From: Escherichia phage CLB_P2
Strand: one strand, 5' to 3'
DNA length: 64,000 bases
Sequence record: OL770107
The notes under the pieces are model-generated. The model saw only the letters and a list, made by a program, of their open reading frames with translations, was not told where the DNA came from and did not search any database. Positions 30,369 through 40,547 of the stretch are shown here, in pieces. The translations under genes and the position numbers were made by a program. Positions within the stretch are counted from its first letter, which is position 1. The number at the start of each line of letters is the position of its first letter.

Positions 30369-32105
30369 CTAATTAACTTTAGTAGCTTGACGCATACCAG
30401 GAGCAGGAGTAGAAGACTGTGGTGGTAAATTATAACTGGTCTTACTCGTTTTCTTGATATTCGTTTGCTGATTTATTTGAGTTGGAGCTTGCTGACTATA
30501 TTTAGCATTTTCCTTTGCTCTCATTTGCTCGTCAACCTTTTTAACCTGGGTGTTTTCAGGAGATTCCGCTACAGAAGCAGGTTTAGGCTTTTCAGCTTCG
30601 TTAAATTTCTCTAAAGATTTATTCATCTTATCAAGTAATTGCTGGATATTAAGGTCCTTAGGTGCTCCACCTTTAGCCATAATAGGGTCAGCCAATTGTT
30701 TCTCGATATCCGCTTTAAATGCCTTGGCATTTTCGATATCTTTAGAATCAGGCTTCATTATATTATCGGCGGTTTGAGTTAAACGAATAATATCGGCCTG
30801 TGCTTTATCACGTTTCTTGAAATACTCTAAACGTTCTTCTTCAGGGAGGTCACGGAAGCTTGTGTCAATTCCACCTGCGCGTAATTGGTCAGCTTGTTCT
30901 TTAGTAAGGTTACCGTATTTCTCTGCCTGGTTTATAAGCTCGGGTTTATCCTTATACTTCTTATTCATTTTCTCGGCTGCTTCTAAAGCCTCGGCAGAAC
31001 GTCTATCATGATACTTGGCTACTTTAGTTTGGTCTTCGTCATCTAAAGTGGCTCCGGTATTTTGTTGATATGACATTAAAGCGGATGCCTCTACGTTTTC
31101 AGCCAACTCGCCCATACCTGGTATTTTACTTAAAATGGCAGAAATCAATTTAGAAATACCGAGCATTAACAGTTGTGCCATATTTTTGGTAAGATTAACC
31201 ATACCGCGAATAATAGCTTCTGCCAGACCTAGCCAATTTCTTTCGCTAAACATAGCTTCAGCATTCTTGGCCCAGGTCATTAAGCCTTCAAGTACAGGTC
31301 CCCACTCTTTAAACTTATCGTTAAATTTTTTCCATCCTTCATTAAATTGGTCCATGAAATATTGGAAGTATACACGAATAGCATCTATACCAAATATTAA
31401 AAGGGCTAAACCTGCGGCAAGTTTAGCGGCTTCTGCAGCAGCAGTAATAGTATACTTAAAAAGCATGTCTGAAATTCTATCAGCGACGCCTATAGAAGCT
31501 TTAAATCCTTTTTCGGTTATTTTTGTAAGGGCTTCGATTTTATCAGAAAGAGAAGACTTATCACCTTCTTTACCTTCATCCGAATTTTTAGGAGGCTCTG
31601 GCATAAATTCGGCGTCAGGTTTATTATCTTCAGGCGGAAGAATATCTTCAACAACAGCAGGGACTTTAGGAGTTTCGGCCTTGGGTTCTTCCGGAATAGA
31701 GTCTTCAATAACCTTTAATGAGCTCCCGTCCGGTGGAATAGAAATACCGGAAAATTTAGCCTCCAACATATTAGAAAGCTTATTAATCTTTTCGTTTAAT
31801 GCATCCGAAAGAGCTTTAGACTGTTGGGTTTGTTCTGATATAGCTTCAGCTGTTAATTCTGTTCCAGCGACAACGTCTTGGACGCTTTTATCTACTCTAT
31901 CTACAGAATTAATAATCTGATTGGACTTTGTCTCAACCACTTCAGAGAGCAATTCAGACGCCGCCTGGGAATCAGATAAAACATCTGATATATTTCCTAA
32001 TTCATCGTTCTGAGTTTGGGCTAGCGCCTCAGCACGACGCTGAGGAGCCATTTCTTCAATCAGTTTATTGCGACGAAAACTATTCTGATTAGATTCATTC
32101 TTCAT
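30369..32105 (-). CDS. 29: tail tape-measure protein gp29 (578 aa)
   Basis: Long, largely alpha-helical Ala/Glu/Lys-rich protein between 48 and 28; size near T4 gp29. Confidence 0.85.
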   Translation of the reverse strand: MKNESNQNSFRRNKLIEEMAPQRRAEALAQTQNDELGNISDVLSDSQAASELLSEVVETKSNQIINSVDRVDKSVQDVVAGTELTAEAISEQTQQSKALSDALNEKINKLSNMLEAKFSGISIPPDGSSLKVIEDSIPEEPKAETPKVPAVVEDILPPEDNKPDAEFMPEPPKNSDEGKEGDKSSLSDKIEALTKITEKGFKASIGVADRISDMLFKYTITAAAEAAKLAAGLALLIFGIDAIRVYFQYFMDQFNEGWKKFNDKFKEWGPVLEGLMTWAKNAEAMFSERNWLGLAEAIIRGMVNLTKNMAQLLMLGISKLISAILSKIPGMGELAENVEASALMSYQQNTGATLDDEDQTKVAKYHDRRSAEALEAAEKMNKKYKDKPELINQAEKYGNLTKEQADQLRAGGIDTSFRDLPEEERLEYFKKRDKAQADIIRLTQTADNIMKPDSKDIENAKAFKADIEKQLADPIMAKGGAPKDLNIQQLLDKMNKSLEKFNEAEKPKPASVAESPENTQVKKVDEQMRAKENAKYSQQAPTQINQQTNIKKTSKTSYNLPPQSSTPAPGMRQATKVN

Positions 32106-32616
32106 TTAAGATATCCATGATTTTAAGCAATCCTTTGATAGGACCATTAGGACCAGGGATAGCTACAGTAGAAGTTATATCGTCGGCCCATGTAGCAACA
32201 AAGGCAGGCATATCCAGAAAATCTGGTACATCGTTACCAAGGTAAAGAGATTGTAATACACTATCAACCGGACCAAAGGTCTGGAATGGTTCGTGTGATT
32301 TGAATTTAAATGTTTTACCTTGGAATTGGAATTCAAGTCGCTGGCAGATATAAAGGTCATTTAGGTTATACGTAAACCCGTCTTTAGTTACTTTACTTTT
32401 TAATCTTCCATTGAATTCTAAAAGATGAAGAGCAGCGAAATCAGTCTCCGCTGCAGTTAAACCCTTATAAATGGAATTCATTAATATATGAAGAGCTTTA
32501 TAAGGGTCCTTTTCATCTTTAACCAATTTTTGGTGTTTAAGACCTAATTTAGGAATGGAAATCTCTTTATCACCCAGCGTTATTTTCTTGATCGGGAGTA
32601 TCAGTTTTAAGTTCAT
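32095..32616 (-). CDS. 28: baseplate hub subunit gp28 (about 173 aa)
   Basis: Start taken at the internal ATG (32616) preceded by SD GAAGG; the longer track ORF (to 32658) overlaps gp27 by 89 nt and lacks an SD. Confidence 0.75.
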   Translation of the reverse strand: MNLKLILPIKKITLGDKEISIPKLGLKHQKLVKDEKDPYKALHILMNSIYKGLTAAETDFAALHLLEFNGRLKSKVTKDGFTYNLNDLYICQRLEFQFQGKTFKFKSHEPFQTFGPVDSVLQSLYLGNDVPDFLDMPAFVATWADDITSTVAIPGPNGPIKGLLKIMDILNEE

Positions 32617-33739
32617 TTTTAACCTTCGGTGGTTCTTCAATCTTAATAGGCTTACCATTAGTAAACATATAAAGGTTTGTAATTGATGTATTGTTACTCA
32701 CTTCATGAATAACTTCGTCTACATAAAAATCGTACTGGAATTGGTTTTTAGGGTCATAGAAATTAATCTTATCACCTGGAGTTAATTCAAAGTTCCCATA
32801 TACCTTACAATGAGCATAACCATCGTACTGGGCCATTGTAACTAATCTATCAGCTTCTTCAAATCCATTTCGGTAGGTATAATCAGAATATCCACCTGAA
32901 CGAGAAACCAATATACTGTTTTGTCCATCACCAAAAGTAATTCGTGTAGCGTTTTTATCTAGGAACGAATGGGCATATACTGTAGCATTTTCGTATGGCT
33001 TTCTGGTATGTTGGTTAGCTTTAGTTAGCCACTCAAAATCAAATGCAATAGGGGTATCCATATCTTGGACGTATTGGCCTATTAAACGAGGCTCACCAAC
33101 CACAAAATTGATAGGCTCCTGATTAACCATAAATTCGTAGTCCATGATAGAAATACCATCTATATCTTCCCAGACAAATACAAATTTATCGGATTCAACA
33201 GCCATACCTACTTCTCGCACAAATTCCATATATCTGTCCATAGAATCACACCACGGAACATTAGGAACGTAAACGTTTATTCCGTTCAAAGGAGGAGCAA
33301 GTAACGGACGGTCTTGGTAAATAACACCAATCATTTCTGTTAATGTTTCTTGAACGCTAGGGAAGAACATACGTCCGAATTTAAGATTTTCTAAAAAGTG
33401 GATAGGGGCGAGTTGTATTGTTATGATATTGTCGCCCTTAGAATCCACCCCTACTGCAAAGTGTTTACTTCCGTAAATTCTTGATTGGGTACGTTCAGAG
33501 TTGGCATTCTTAACAGAAACTTGGATAATTTGTTCACCATCCATTTTAGTATGAAGGTTTTTTGCATCATAAAACTGGAGCAATCCTTCATTACTACCGT
33601 AAAGGCCATCACGCATTGTTAGGGTAGTAAATGTCGCGCCTAGTTCAACAAAACGATGCTCTAACCAGGCGTCATAATCTTCGTAAAGGCGTATACTAAT
33701 ATTAGGAAAGCCTTCACGCTGCATAGTTTTTGAACTCAT
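32570..33739 (-). CDS. 27: baseplate hub subunit gp27 (389 aa)
   Basis: Strong match to remembered T4 gp27 ([38 protein letters not shown]). Confidence 0.92.
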   Translation of the reverse strand: MSSKTMQREGFPNISIRLYEDYDAWLEHRFVELGATFTTLTMRDGLYGSNEGLLQFYDAKNLHTKMDGEQIIQVSVKNANSERTQSRIYGSKHFAVGVDSKGDNIITIQLAPIHFLENLKFGRMFFPSVQETLTEMIGVIYQDRPLLAPPLNGINVYVPNVPWCDSMDRYMEFVREVGMAVESDKFVFVWEDIDGISIMDYEFMVNQEPINFVVGEPRLIGQYVQDMDTPIAFDFEWLTKANQHTRKPYENATVYAHSFLDKNATRITFGDGQNSILVSRSGGYSDYTYRNGFEEADRLVTMAQYDGYAHCKVYGNFELTPGDKINFYDPKNQFQYDFYVDEVIHEVSNNTSITNLYMFTNGKPIKIEEPPKVKNELKTDTPDQENNAG

Positions 33740-34488
33740 TTCTTAAGGTCCTTTTCAACCAAAGACAAAGCAATACCGCGTTCGATTGGAATCATCTGCA
33801 TAATGCTTTCTAATGAATAATTGTTCTTTACCAATAAATGGTTTATTTGGTAAAATAAAAATATCTCATCCGGATTGACTATAAGCTTAAACACCTCTAA
33901 AATATCGGTATACGTAATTGTTCTACGATTACAGCATCCATATTTGAGTTCGAAATGAATAGGGCTTGTTTGTTTGACTATATCCTCTAAAGTGGATAAG
34001 TCTATAGCATCTATTACGGCCAACTGGTCTTCTTCAGAAAGGTCAGTCCAATTATATGTCCCATTTTCATCTTCGACGGTTTGGAGGGTGTTCAAAATCA
34101 ATTCAGATTTGTCGTGATATTCTATTTCCGGAAATTTGAATGTTAGTTTCAAGCCAGCCACTTCAATTGTAGGGTTATCTAACTTGGCCTGTTTCAAATT
34201 GAATAAGACTTGTTTATCCTTTTCACACTTACTGCAAGTGTATCGGATAGGAATTTTGGTCTTGCCGAGTGATGACGTGTAAAGTTCAATGAACATATAC
34301 GGGCGCCATGACATAGGATATTCACCGAAGTATTCTTCCAGTAACTCATCTAAAATTTGTTTTTGCTCTTCAGGTGATTTATTATTCATGTCATTTCGAA
34401 TCAAAATAAAATCACGATAATCAGCTACTGTAAAAGGTTTAAATCGGTGGACTCCATCGGGCATTTCACAACGTACTATATTAGCCAT
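33736..34488 (-). CDS. 51: baseplate hub assembly catalyst gp51 (249 aa)
   Basis: Start at ATG 34488 (MANIV...) gives 249 aa, the T4 gp51 length; preceded on the minus strand by TATAAATA and SD AGAGGA. Confidence 0.8.
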   Translation of the reverse strand: MANIVRCEMPDGVHRFKPFTVADYRDFILIRNDMNNKSPEEQKQILDELLEEYFGEYPMSWRPYMFIELYTSSLGKTKIPIRYTCSKCEKDKQVLFNLKQAKLDNPTIEVAGLKLTFKFPEIEYHDKSELILNTLQTVEDENGTYNWTDLSEEDQLAVIDAIDLSTLEDIVKQTSPIHFELKYGCCNRRTITYTDILEVFKLIVNPDEIFLFYQINHLLVKNNYSLESIMQMIPIERGIALSLVEKDLKK

Positions 34489-34508
34489 AGGGTGTCCTCT
34501 TATTGATG

Positions 34509-34520
34509 TATTTATAAATA
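34509..34520. promoter_or_regulatory. palindromic bidirectional late promoter TATTTATAAATA (genes 51 and 26)
   Basis: The 12-mer contains TATAAATA on both strands, each about 20-25 nt upstream of an SD and ATG (gp51 on minus, gp26 on plus). Confidence 0.6.
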
Positions 34521-34538
34521 AGCTTAAAGGAGAAGACA

Positions 34539-35162
34539 ATGAATTATACTTTTGACGTAAAAATTAAAAACAAAACCATAAAATGCAGAGCATTTACCCT
34601 CAGAGAGTATAAGGACTTGCTCCAAGCTAAATTAGAAGGCAGAATAGAGTCCTTTATCAATGAACTCATTTCGAATTGCACAGATGCTCGTGATTTAAAC
34701 AAGCAAGAATCTGAGCTCCTGGTGATAAACCTGTGGGCCCATTCATTAGCTGAAGTTAATATAGAACGTGAGTGGGTTTGTAGTTGTGGTCGCTCACAGG
34801 TTGTTCCTATGACACTAACTCGCGCAACATTAGGTAAAGAGCCAGATGTTATTAAAGACTTTGGCAACTTTAAAATCGTGTTCAGATATCCTAAACTCTT
34901 TGAAGATAAAAATAGAGCTATGATGGTCGCAGGGTGTATCGATTATATTTTAACTTCTGCAGGCGAAAAGCTTTTTCTTTCCGATTTAAGTGATGCGGAA
35001 CTTGATGACCTTTATTCTGTGATAACAGAAAAAGATATAAAAGAAGTTTATGATGCTCTAGTTGCCCCTAAGCCTATTTTGGCCATACCTATTTCTTGTG
35101 AATGTGGTGAACATACCGTCCATGTTATTGAGGGACTTAAAGAGTTCTTTAAGGTGATGTAA
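34539..35162 (+). CDS. 26: baseplate hub protein gp26 (207 aa)
   Basis: Length near T4 gp26, divergent from gene 51, with late promoter and SD AAGGAGAAG. Confidence 0.8.
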   Translation: MNYTFDVKIKNKTIKCRAFTLREYKDLLQAKLEGRIESFINELISNCTDARDLNKQESELLVINLWAHSLAEVNIEREWVCSCGRSQVVPMTLTRATLGKEPDVIKDFGNFKIVFRYPKLFEDKNRAMMVAGCIDYILTSAGEKLFLSDLSDAELDDLYSVITEKDIKEVYDALVAPKPILAIPISCECGEHTVHVIEGLKEFFKVM

Positions 35163-35551
35163 TGAATATCAATAAAATGTATTCAGATTTAGACCCTGAA
35201 ATGAGGACGTCTTGGAATAGAGACGTCGCTAAAGCTACAGGGGCCCGTGCAGTAAAAAACAGTTTGCTAGGCATTATTACCACCCGTAAGGGTTCTCGCC
35301 CTTTTATGCCTGAATTCGGTTGTGATATCAGTAATCAACTATTTGAGAATATTACTCCATTAATCACGGATACCATTAAGCGTAATATAGTTTCCGCTGT
35401 GCGGAACTTCGAACCCAGAATTTCTGCTCTTGCCGTAGGCGTTACCCCTGTTTATGATGACAACTCTATTATAGTAACCGTCCAGTTTAGTATTGTTGAT
35501 GACCCGGATACATTAGAGCAAATTAGAATCCAGCTCTCACAGAGTGGTTAA
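35162..35551 (+). CDS. 25: baseplate wedge protein gp25 (129 aa)
   Basis: Size and position after gene 26 as in T4. Confidence 0.85.
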   Translation: MNINKMYSDLDPEMRTSWNRDVAKATGARAVKNSLLGIITTRKGSRPFMPEFGCDISNQLFENITPLITDTIKRNIVSAVRNFEPRISALAVGVTPVYDDNSIIVTVQFSIVDDPDTLEQIRIQLSQSG

Positions 35552-35609
35552 TTGCTGTTCAAATGAATAGTGTATAATGGTCCTATGGTTATTACACAGG
35601 AAACATGCG

Positions 35610-36044
35610 ATGAGTAAAGAGATTGAATATAAATTGGAATCATTCCAAGATGCATTAGATGAAGATTTAAAAATTGATGGGACTCGTTTACAGTATGAAG
35701 TACAGAACAACGTTTTGCTGCACAGCAAATGGCTAAGGCTGTATACGAATTGTAAGAAAGAGATAATGCGATTAGAAATCCAGAAAAAGACCTCTCTCAA
35801 GAAGAGATTAGATTTCTACACGGGACGTGGAGAGCCTGGTGATGAGGTTTGTATGGACCAGTATGAGAAGTCAGAATTAAAGACTGTAATGGCCGCAGAT
35901 TCTAGCGTGATTAAAATCGATACATCAATTCAATATTGGGCTTTATTACAGGACTTTTGTAGTTCGGCACTTGATGCCATTAAGGCGCGTGGGTTTAACC
36001 TTAAGACCATGCATGAGATGAGACAATTTGAGGCAGGTAAATAA
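35610..36044 (+). CDS. uvsY: recombination mediator UvsY (about 144 aa)
   Basis: Strong match to remembered T4 UvsY (RLQYE..NNV.L.SKWL, YEKSE.KTV, SALDAIK.RGF, FEAGK); start taken at ATG 35610 with SD AGGAAA. Confidence 0.9.
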   Translation: MSKEIEYKLESFQDALDEDLKIDGTRLQYEVQNNVLLHSKWLRLYTNCKKEIMRLEIQKKTSLKKRLDFYTGRGEPGDEVCMDQYEKSELKTVMAADSSVIKIDTSIQYWALLQDFCSSALDAIKARGFNLKTMHEMRQFEAGK

Positions 36045-36154
36045 TGAAAAATATTAGTGAGATTCTTGATGAGATGGTTGTTTCTGCTAACAGAATAACC
36101 GAAATTGTTAACGAATTGAAAGCAAAAGCCGCAGCAATGAAGGCTAATAAATAG
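36044..36154 (+). CDS. small ORF (36 aa), uvsY.-1-like
   Basis: ATG overlapping the uvsY stop (TAATG). Too short for the ORF track. Confidence 0.35.
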   Translation: MKNISEILDEMVVSANRITEIVNELKAKAAAMKANK

Positions 36155-36182
36155 ATATGTAAGATAAACTAAGGAGACAATC

Positions 36183-36350
36183 ATGTCAGATAAGATTTGC
36201 GTTGTCTGTAAAACTCCAATCGATGCTGCATTGGTTGTTGAAACAGAAAAAGGTCCGGTTCATCCGGGTCCATGTTATAATTACGTTCAAAGCATGCCTG
36301 TTACGGAAAACACTGAAGAACAGCTGAACGAAACCCAATTATTACTTTAG
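36183..36350 (+). CDS. small Cys-rich ORF (55 aa), uvsY.-2-like
   Basis: SD AAGGAG 7 nt upstream; CVVC...PGPC zinc-ribbon-like motif. Confidence 0.45.
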   Translation: MSDKICVVCKTPIDAALVVETEKGPVHPGPCYNYVQSMPVTENTEEQLNETQLLL

Positions 36351-36380
36351 TCTAGTGTGTATAGCCATTTTATGGTTATT

Positions 36381-36412
36381 GGCCCTTCCGAAAGGTTGGG
36401 CCCTTTTTGTTT
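36381..36412 (+). terminator. rho-independent terminator after the uvsY operon
   Basis: GGCCCTTCC-GAAA-GGTTGGGCC imperfect hairpin followed by CTTTTTGTTTTT. Confidence 0.55.
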
Positions 36413-36640
36413 TTAGAACTCTTCTTGCTCTTCGTCATCCATGGATTCTAATTCAGCTCGTTTACCTGCTAGGGCATCACGAACACTGATATCATCCGAA
36501 TCTCGAAGTTCAGCTTCTTTACTACGAGTTTTGTAATACTTCTCCAATTCCTTCAAACCGTCCATGGTTTGACAAGAACTAATTTTAGACATGAAGCTCT
36601 CGATAGAGGCTTCATAGATAACTTCTTTAAAGGACTTCAT
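36413..36640 (-). CDS. UvsW.1-like small acidic protein (75 aa)
   Basis: Small ORF immediately downstream of and overlapping the uvsW stop, as in T4. Confidence 0.6.
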   Translation of the reverse strand: MKSFKEVIYEASIESFMSKISSCQTMDGLKELEKYYKTRSKEAELRDSDDISVRDALAGKRAELESMDDEEQEEF

Positions 36641-38133
36641 AAATCCACCTGTTTCATTACGTAATTAAATTTCTCGTCAGCATAACGTTGAATACGTTCT
36701 AAGGCATGTTTTAATGCATAATTCAAATGAACATATTTCTTTTTAGCATTTGCTGATTTAGGCTTAACGCCCATGTCGTCTATAATGTCCCAAACTTGTG
36801 CTGTTGATTTAGAAGCATGTTTACGGAGCACACGACCTATTGTCTGGAGTACAATGATTTTGGATTTTACCGGATGCGCAAATACTACATGGTGAAGGTT
36901 CTTAACGGAAATACCGGTAGAGAACACACCGTAACTTGCCACAACAATAATACCCTTACCATTTTCCGCCATTACTTTAAGAGCATTACGAGTTTCTGTA
37001 TTAACTTCACCTGATACGTAATAAACTTCTTTATGTTGCTCTTTAACCATTTCAAAAAGAGTTTTACCGTGCTCGATGTTTTTAAACATCAGGAATACGT
37101 TCTCTTCTTTCTTAGCGAGTTTAACAGCTAAATTAGCAACCCATTTATTACGACGGGTAGCCTTAGTAATGACTTTAATTTCTGATTGGTAATCTTTACC
37201 TTTCATCTTAACAGTGAATTCATCTGGATAACGAAGGAAAATACTGTTTATTTTTAAATCAGTGACCTGTCCTTCTTCCATTAACTGTGAAGTGGATACT
37301 GGCTTAAACACATCACCAAACAAACCCATATATTGCATTAAATTGGCTTTACCGTCTTTTAAAGAACCGGACAAACCGAATTTAAACATACAATTGGTAA
37401 GGCCTTCGATGATGGTAGAAATTGATTTACCTGTTGCCAAATGGCATTCGTCGTTCATAAACATACCAAACTGAGCAAACCATTCTTTAGGTTGTTTAAT
37501 AGCCGTTTGATAAGTTGAAACATAAATCATTGCATCGGAATCACGAGCAGTACCTGAACGAATACCAAGCATAGCAGCTTTAGGGAACAAACGATAATCA
37601 ATGAAGTCATTAATCATCTGGTCGACAAGTGCAGTAGTAGGAACTAAGATAAGAATTTTACCTTCATAGTTCTCAACGTAATATCGACTCAGGAGCGCCT
37701 GAATCAATGATTTACCTGCAGATGTAGGTAAATTCAGAATTGCACGACGTTTTGTCAGACCGTTGTATACGGCTTCATTCTGATACCAATGTGGCTCAAT
37801 CTTGGTAGAACCTGAATAAATCTCTTGTGAAGCTACCCATGAGTCAAAATCTTCACGTGAAATATCTTCTTGTTCAAGAATTCGTGGGTCAATCCAAAGA
37901 GAGTATTCAAACTGGTCAGCGAATTTTTTAATTTGTGGGACTAGACCATACGGAAGTTTACGGTTATAATCTAGAAGACGAATTCTCCCATCCCATTGCC
38001 CGTAACGGTATTTAGGGTTAAATTTATATCCATCAGCTTCAAAGCTGAAATAGTCTCTGAGTTCGTAGAAGGTGGATTCATCACACTCAACACGAACATG
38101 ACTAAAATTATCAAAATGTACTTGAATTTGCAT
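36637..38133 (-). CDS. uvsW: UvsW DNA/RNA helicase (498 aa)
   Basis: SF2 helicase motifs (Walker A PTSAGKS, DECH box, TIGRVLR arginine finger region); size near T4 UvsW. Confidence 0.92.
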   Translation of the reverse strand: MQIQVHFDNFSHVRVECDESTFYELRDYFSFEADGYKFNPKYRYGQWDGRIRLLDYNRKLPYGLVPQIKKFADQFEYSLWIDPRILEQEDISREDFDSWVASQEIYSGSTKIEPHWYQNEAVYNGLTKRRAILNLPTSAGKSLIQALLSRYYVENYEGKILILVPTTALVDQMINDFIDYRLFPKAAMLGIRSGTARDSDAMIYVSTYQTAIKQPKEWFAQFGMFMNDECHLATGKSISTIIEGLTNCMFKFGLSGSLKDGKANLMQYMGLFGDVFKPVSTSQLMEEGQVTDLKINSIFLRYPDEFTVKMKGKDYQSEIKVITKATRRNKWVANLAVKLAKKEENVFLMFKNIEHGKTLFEMVKEQHKEVYYVSGEVNTETRNALKVMAENGKGIIVVASYGVFSTGISVKNLHHVVFAHPVKSKIIVLQTIGRVLRKHASKSTAQVWDIIDDMGVKPKSANAKKKYVHLNYALKHALERIQRYADEKFNYVMKQVDL

Positions 38134-38147
38134 GTCTAATTCTCAGT

Positions 38148-38170
38148 TATAAATATAATTATATTTATAC
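38148..38170. promoter_or_regulatory. divergent late promoters (inh on plus, uvsW on minus)
   Basis: TATAAATA at 38148-38155 on the plus strand and its complement TATTTATA at 38163-38170, each about 30 nt from its ATG. Confidence 0.5.
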
Positions 38171-38188
38171 ACCAACAAGAGACTAATT

Positions 38189-38860
38189 ATGGATACTCAA
38201 TATATTGAAGAGCTTCGTGCACTCGAAGATAAAAAAGAAGCTAAAGCTAAGTTAATCGAATACGGCGAACAGTTCGGTTTAAAACTTAAGAAAACCCGTT
38301 CGTTTGATAATTTGATTATCGATATCTCTGAAGGCCTTAAAGCCCTGGCTGATGAACCACTTCCAGAAACCGAAGGTTTGTCTATTTCTGATTTGATTGA
38401 TGCCGCCGACGAACTCACAGGTGCTAACGAATTTGTTGATGGTGCTGAACCTGCCAAAGAAGAAGCTACCCTATTATTTGATGCCCCTGAAGCGGTAGTT
38501 GAAGTTATTGAGGTAGCCGAACTTCCTAAGGTAGAGATTATTGAAGAAGATGTTCCTTTTGTCGAAGAGAAATTCAAAGAGGCTGTAGCCGAGGTTATTG
38601 AATCTGAAAAACCTGTATTCTCTTTGCCTGAAAACTTTAGTCCTAATCTTTTGCTTATTGGTAAAAACCCTGGTTACTGTACTGTTCCTTGGTGGATTTA
38701 TCAATGGATTTCTGAAACCCCTGATTGGAAAGACCGTCCTAAAGATTTCCAACACCCTTCTGCCCACCAAACATTATTCAGTCTGATTTATTACATCAAT
38801 CGTAATGGCTCAGTATTAGTACGTGAAACACGTAATTCATCTTTTGTAACTTTAAAATAA
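38189..38860 (+). CDS. inh: Inh-like protein (inhibitor of prohead protease), 223 aa
   Basis: Acidic protein located between uvsW and hoc as T4 inh; assigned by synteny and size. Confidence 0.5.
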   Translation: MDTQYIEELRALEDKKEAKAKLIEYGEQFGLKLKKTRSFDNLIIDISEGLKALADEPLPETEGLSISDLIDAADELTGANEFVDGAEPAKEEATLLFDAPEAVVEVIEVAELPKVEIIEEDVPFVEEKFKEAVAEVIESEKPVFSLPENFSPNLLLIGKNPGYCTVPWWIYQWISETPDWKDRPKDFQHPSAHQTLFSLIYYINRNGSVLVRETRNSSFVTLK

Positions 38861-38869
38861 GGGTAAAAT

Positions 38870-40282
38870 ATGGCTTTTACTGTAAGTATAGCCGGCGCTG
38901 CGTCTATTAAAATAGGCGAAAGCGCCAACTACACTGCTACCGCAACAGGTGCAGCTGTAGAAGGAACCGTTACATATGTATGGACCATTGACGGTGCTTC
39001 TAATCCGGAGGCAACCAATGTTTTGAGATATACCGGTGCGGCTCCAGCTGGTAAGAAAGTTTTAAAAGTAGTAGCAACTTCTACTCCGGCCGAAGGCGAA
39101 CCTGAGGTAGCTGAAAAAACTTTTGAAGTTACCGTAGCTAATAAGACCATGACTATTTCTTTGGCCTTAGACCCTACTTCCGTTTCTAAAGAAATTGGCC
39201 AGTCCCAAGTTGTTACTGCTAACGTGACGGGTGCTCCTGCTGGTGCTACAATTGCTTATGTTTGGAAACGTAATACAACTGTAATTTCAGGACAAACTGG
39301 TAAAACTATTACTGTAACCGAAGCAGCAGAAGCAAATTACACGTTGAACTGTGAAGTTACTGTTACCGCCCCTGAATATGACCCGGGTACCGCTACTAAA
39401 GGTGTTGCGGTAACTTTTGTTAAGAAAACTATATCAGGTGCTTCCGTTACTTTAACACCAGCCTCAATTAGTACAGAGAAAGGCTCATCTGCACAGTTTA
39501 AAGCGGATGTAGTTGGCGCTCCTTCCGGCGTAAATGCAACTTATTCTTGGAAGAAAAATGGTTCTATTATTCCAGGCGAAAGCAGTAATATTCTTGCCGT
39601 CGATACATCTACAATAGGTTCTTACTCTATTGAAGTTTCGGTACTCCTAAAAGGTACGGATTATAATGATTTAACCGTTACCAAAACAGGAAGTGTAACA
39701 ATTACTAAAAAGACTATGGCAGGTGTTTCTGTTAATTTAACGCCTGCTTCTATTACTGTCTCTGAAGGAATCCCGGCTTCTTTTAAAACCACGGTAGTCG
39801 GTGCGCCTAGTGGTGCTACTTTTGCTTATTCTTGGAAGAAAGATGGTTCACCTGTTGTGGGTGCTACGGATACATTAGTAATTGACACAAGCGCTGAAGG
39901 TTCACAGGTTATTGAAGTTTCTGTTGTGGTTTCGGCTACCGACTATAATTCTGTGACCGTCACAAAATCCGGTAATGTAACAATTACGGCTAAAGTCGCT
40001 CCTGAACCAGAGGGCGAACTACCTTACGTTCATCCGCTACCAGTTCGTAATTCAGCTTATATTTGGTGTGGTTGGTGGGTTATGGACGAAATTCAGAAAA
40101 TGACCCTTGAAGGCAAAGACTGGAAAACTGACGAACCTGATAGTGAATATTATCTCCATCGTTATACCCTTCAAAAAATGGTAGCCGATTATCCTGAGGT
40201 TGATGTACAGGAATCTCGTAATGGTAGAATTATTCACAGAACCGCTTTGGATGCTGGAATTATTTACGATTACGTTTATTAA
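38870..40282 (+). CDS. hoc: Hoc outer capsid decoration protein with four Ig-like domains (470 aa)
   Basis: C-terminal capsid-binding region (AKVAPEPEGELPYVHPLP...AYIWCGWWVMDEIQKMT.EGKDWKTD...EVDVQESRNG) matches T4 Hoc; four Ig-like repeats each with the Y.W pattern. Confidence 0.92.
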   Translation: MAFTVSIAGAASIKIGESANYTATATGAAVEGTVTYVWTIDGASNPEATNVLRYTGAAPAGKKVLKVVATSTPAEGEPEVAEKTFEVTVANKTMTISLALDPTSVSKEIGQSQVVTANVTGAPAGATIAYVWKRNTTVISGQTGKTITVTEAAEANYTLNCEVTVTAPEYDPGTATKGVAVTFVKKTISGASVTLTPASISTEKGSSAQFKADVVGAPSGVNATYSWKKNGSIIPGESSNILAVDTSTIGSYSIEVSVLLKGTDYNDLTVTKTGSVTITKKTMAGVSVNLTPASITVSEGIPASFKTTVVGAPSGATFAYSWKKDGSPVVGATDTLVIDTSAEGSQVIEVSVVVSATDYNSVTVTKSGNVTITAKVAPEPEGELPYVHPLPVRNSAYIWCGWWVMDEIQKMTLEGKDWKTDEPDSEYYLHRYTLQKMVADYPEVDVQESRNGRIIHRTALDAGIIYDYVY

Positions 40283-40286
40283 TAAA

Positions 40287-40310
40287 GGGCCGCAAGGCCC
40301 TTATTTAGTT
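40287..40310 (+). terminator. rho-independent terminator after hoc
   Basis: GGGCC-GCAA-GGCCC hairpin followed by TTATTTAGTTT. Confidence 0.6.
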
Positions 40311-40367
40311 TATGATAATGTTTCGGGAGATTAAGTTATTGACGAATAATTTTTAATAGGTGGATAT

Positions 40368-40547
40368 ATGAAATTTAACAAAGATATAGGGTTGTTGGTT
40401 TTCTTTATAGTGCTGTTTTTGTTTTCGTTAATTTCATTAACTAGTGGGTTGTTTGCTTCTATATTGGCTCTTTTCACATGCATTAGTTCCTTTTTTGGGA
40501 TAATAGCTACTATAGATAAAATTTTACATACCAAAAAGGGCCCGTAG
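40368..40547 (+). CDS. small predicted membrane protein (about 59 aa)
   Basis: SD AGGTGG 6 nt before the ATG; hydrophobic product (MKFNKDIGLLVFFIVLFLFSLISLTSGLFASILALFTCISSFFGIIATI...); followed by a terminator. Too short for the ORF track. Confidence 0.45.
   Translation: MKFNKDIGLLVFFIVLFLFSLISLTSGLFASILALFTCISSFFGIIATIDKILHTKKGP

Noticed and set aside
29789-30376. 195-aa plus-strand ORF (also 29312..29662)
   Set aside because: Antisense within gene 48 and gene 54.
31135-31920. 261-aa plus-strand ORF
   Set aside because: Antisense within gene 29 (tape measure); Ser/Ala/Leu-rich low-complexity product.
40331-40534. 67-aa minus-strand ORF
   Set aside because: Overlaps the plus-strand small membrane-protein ORF (40368..40547), which has a proper ribosome-binding site and terminator; the minus frame has neither.
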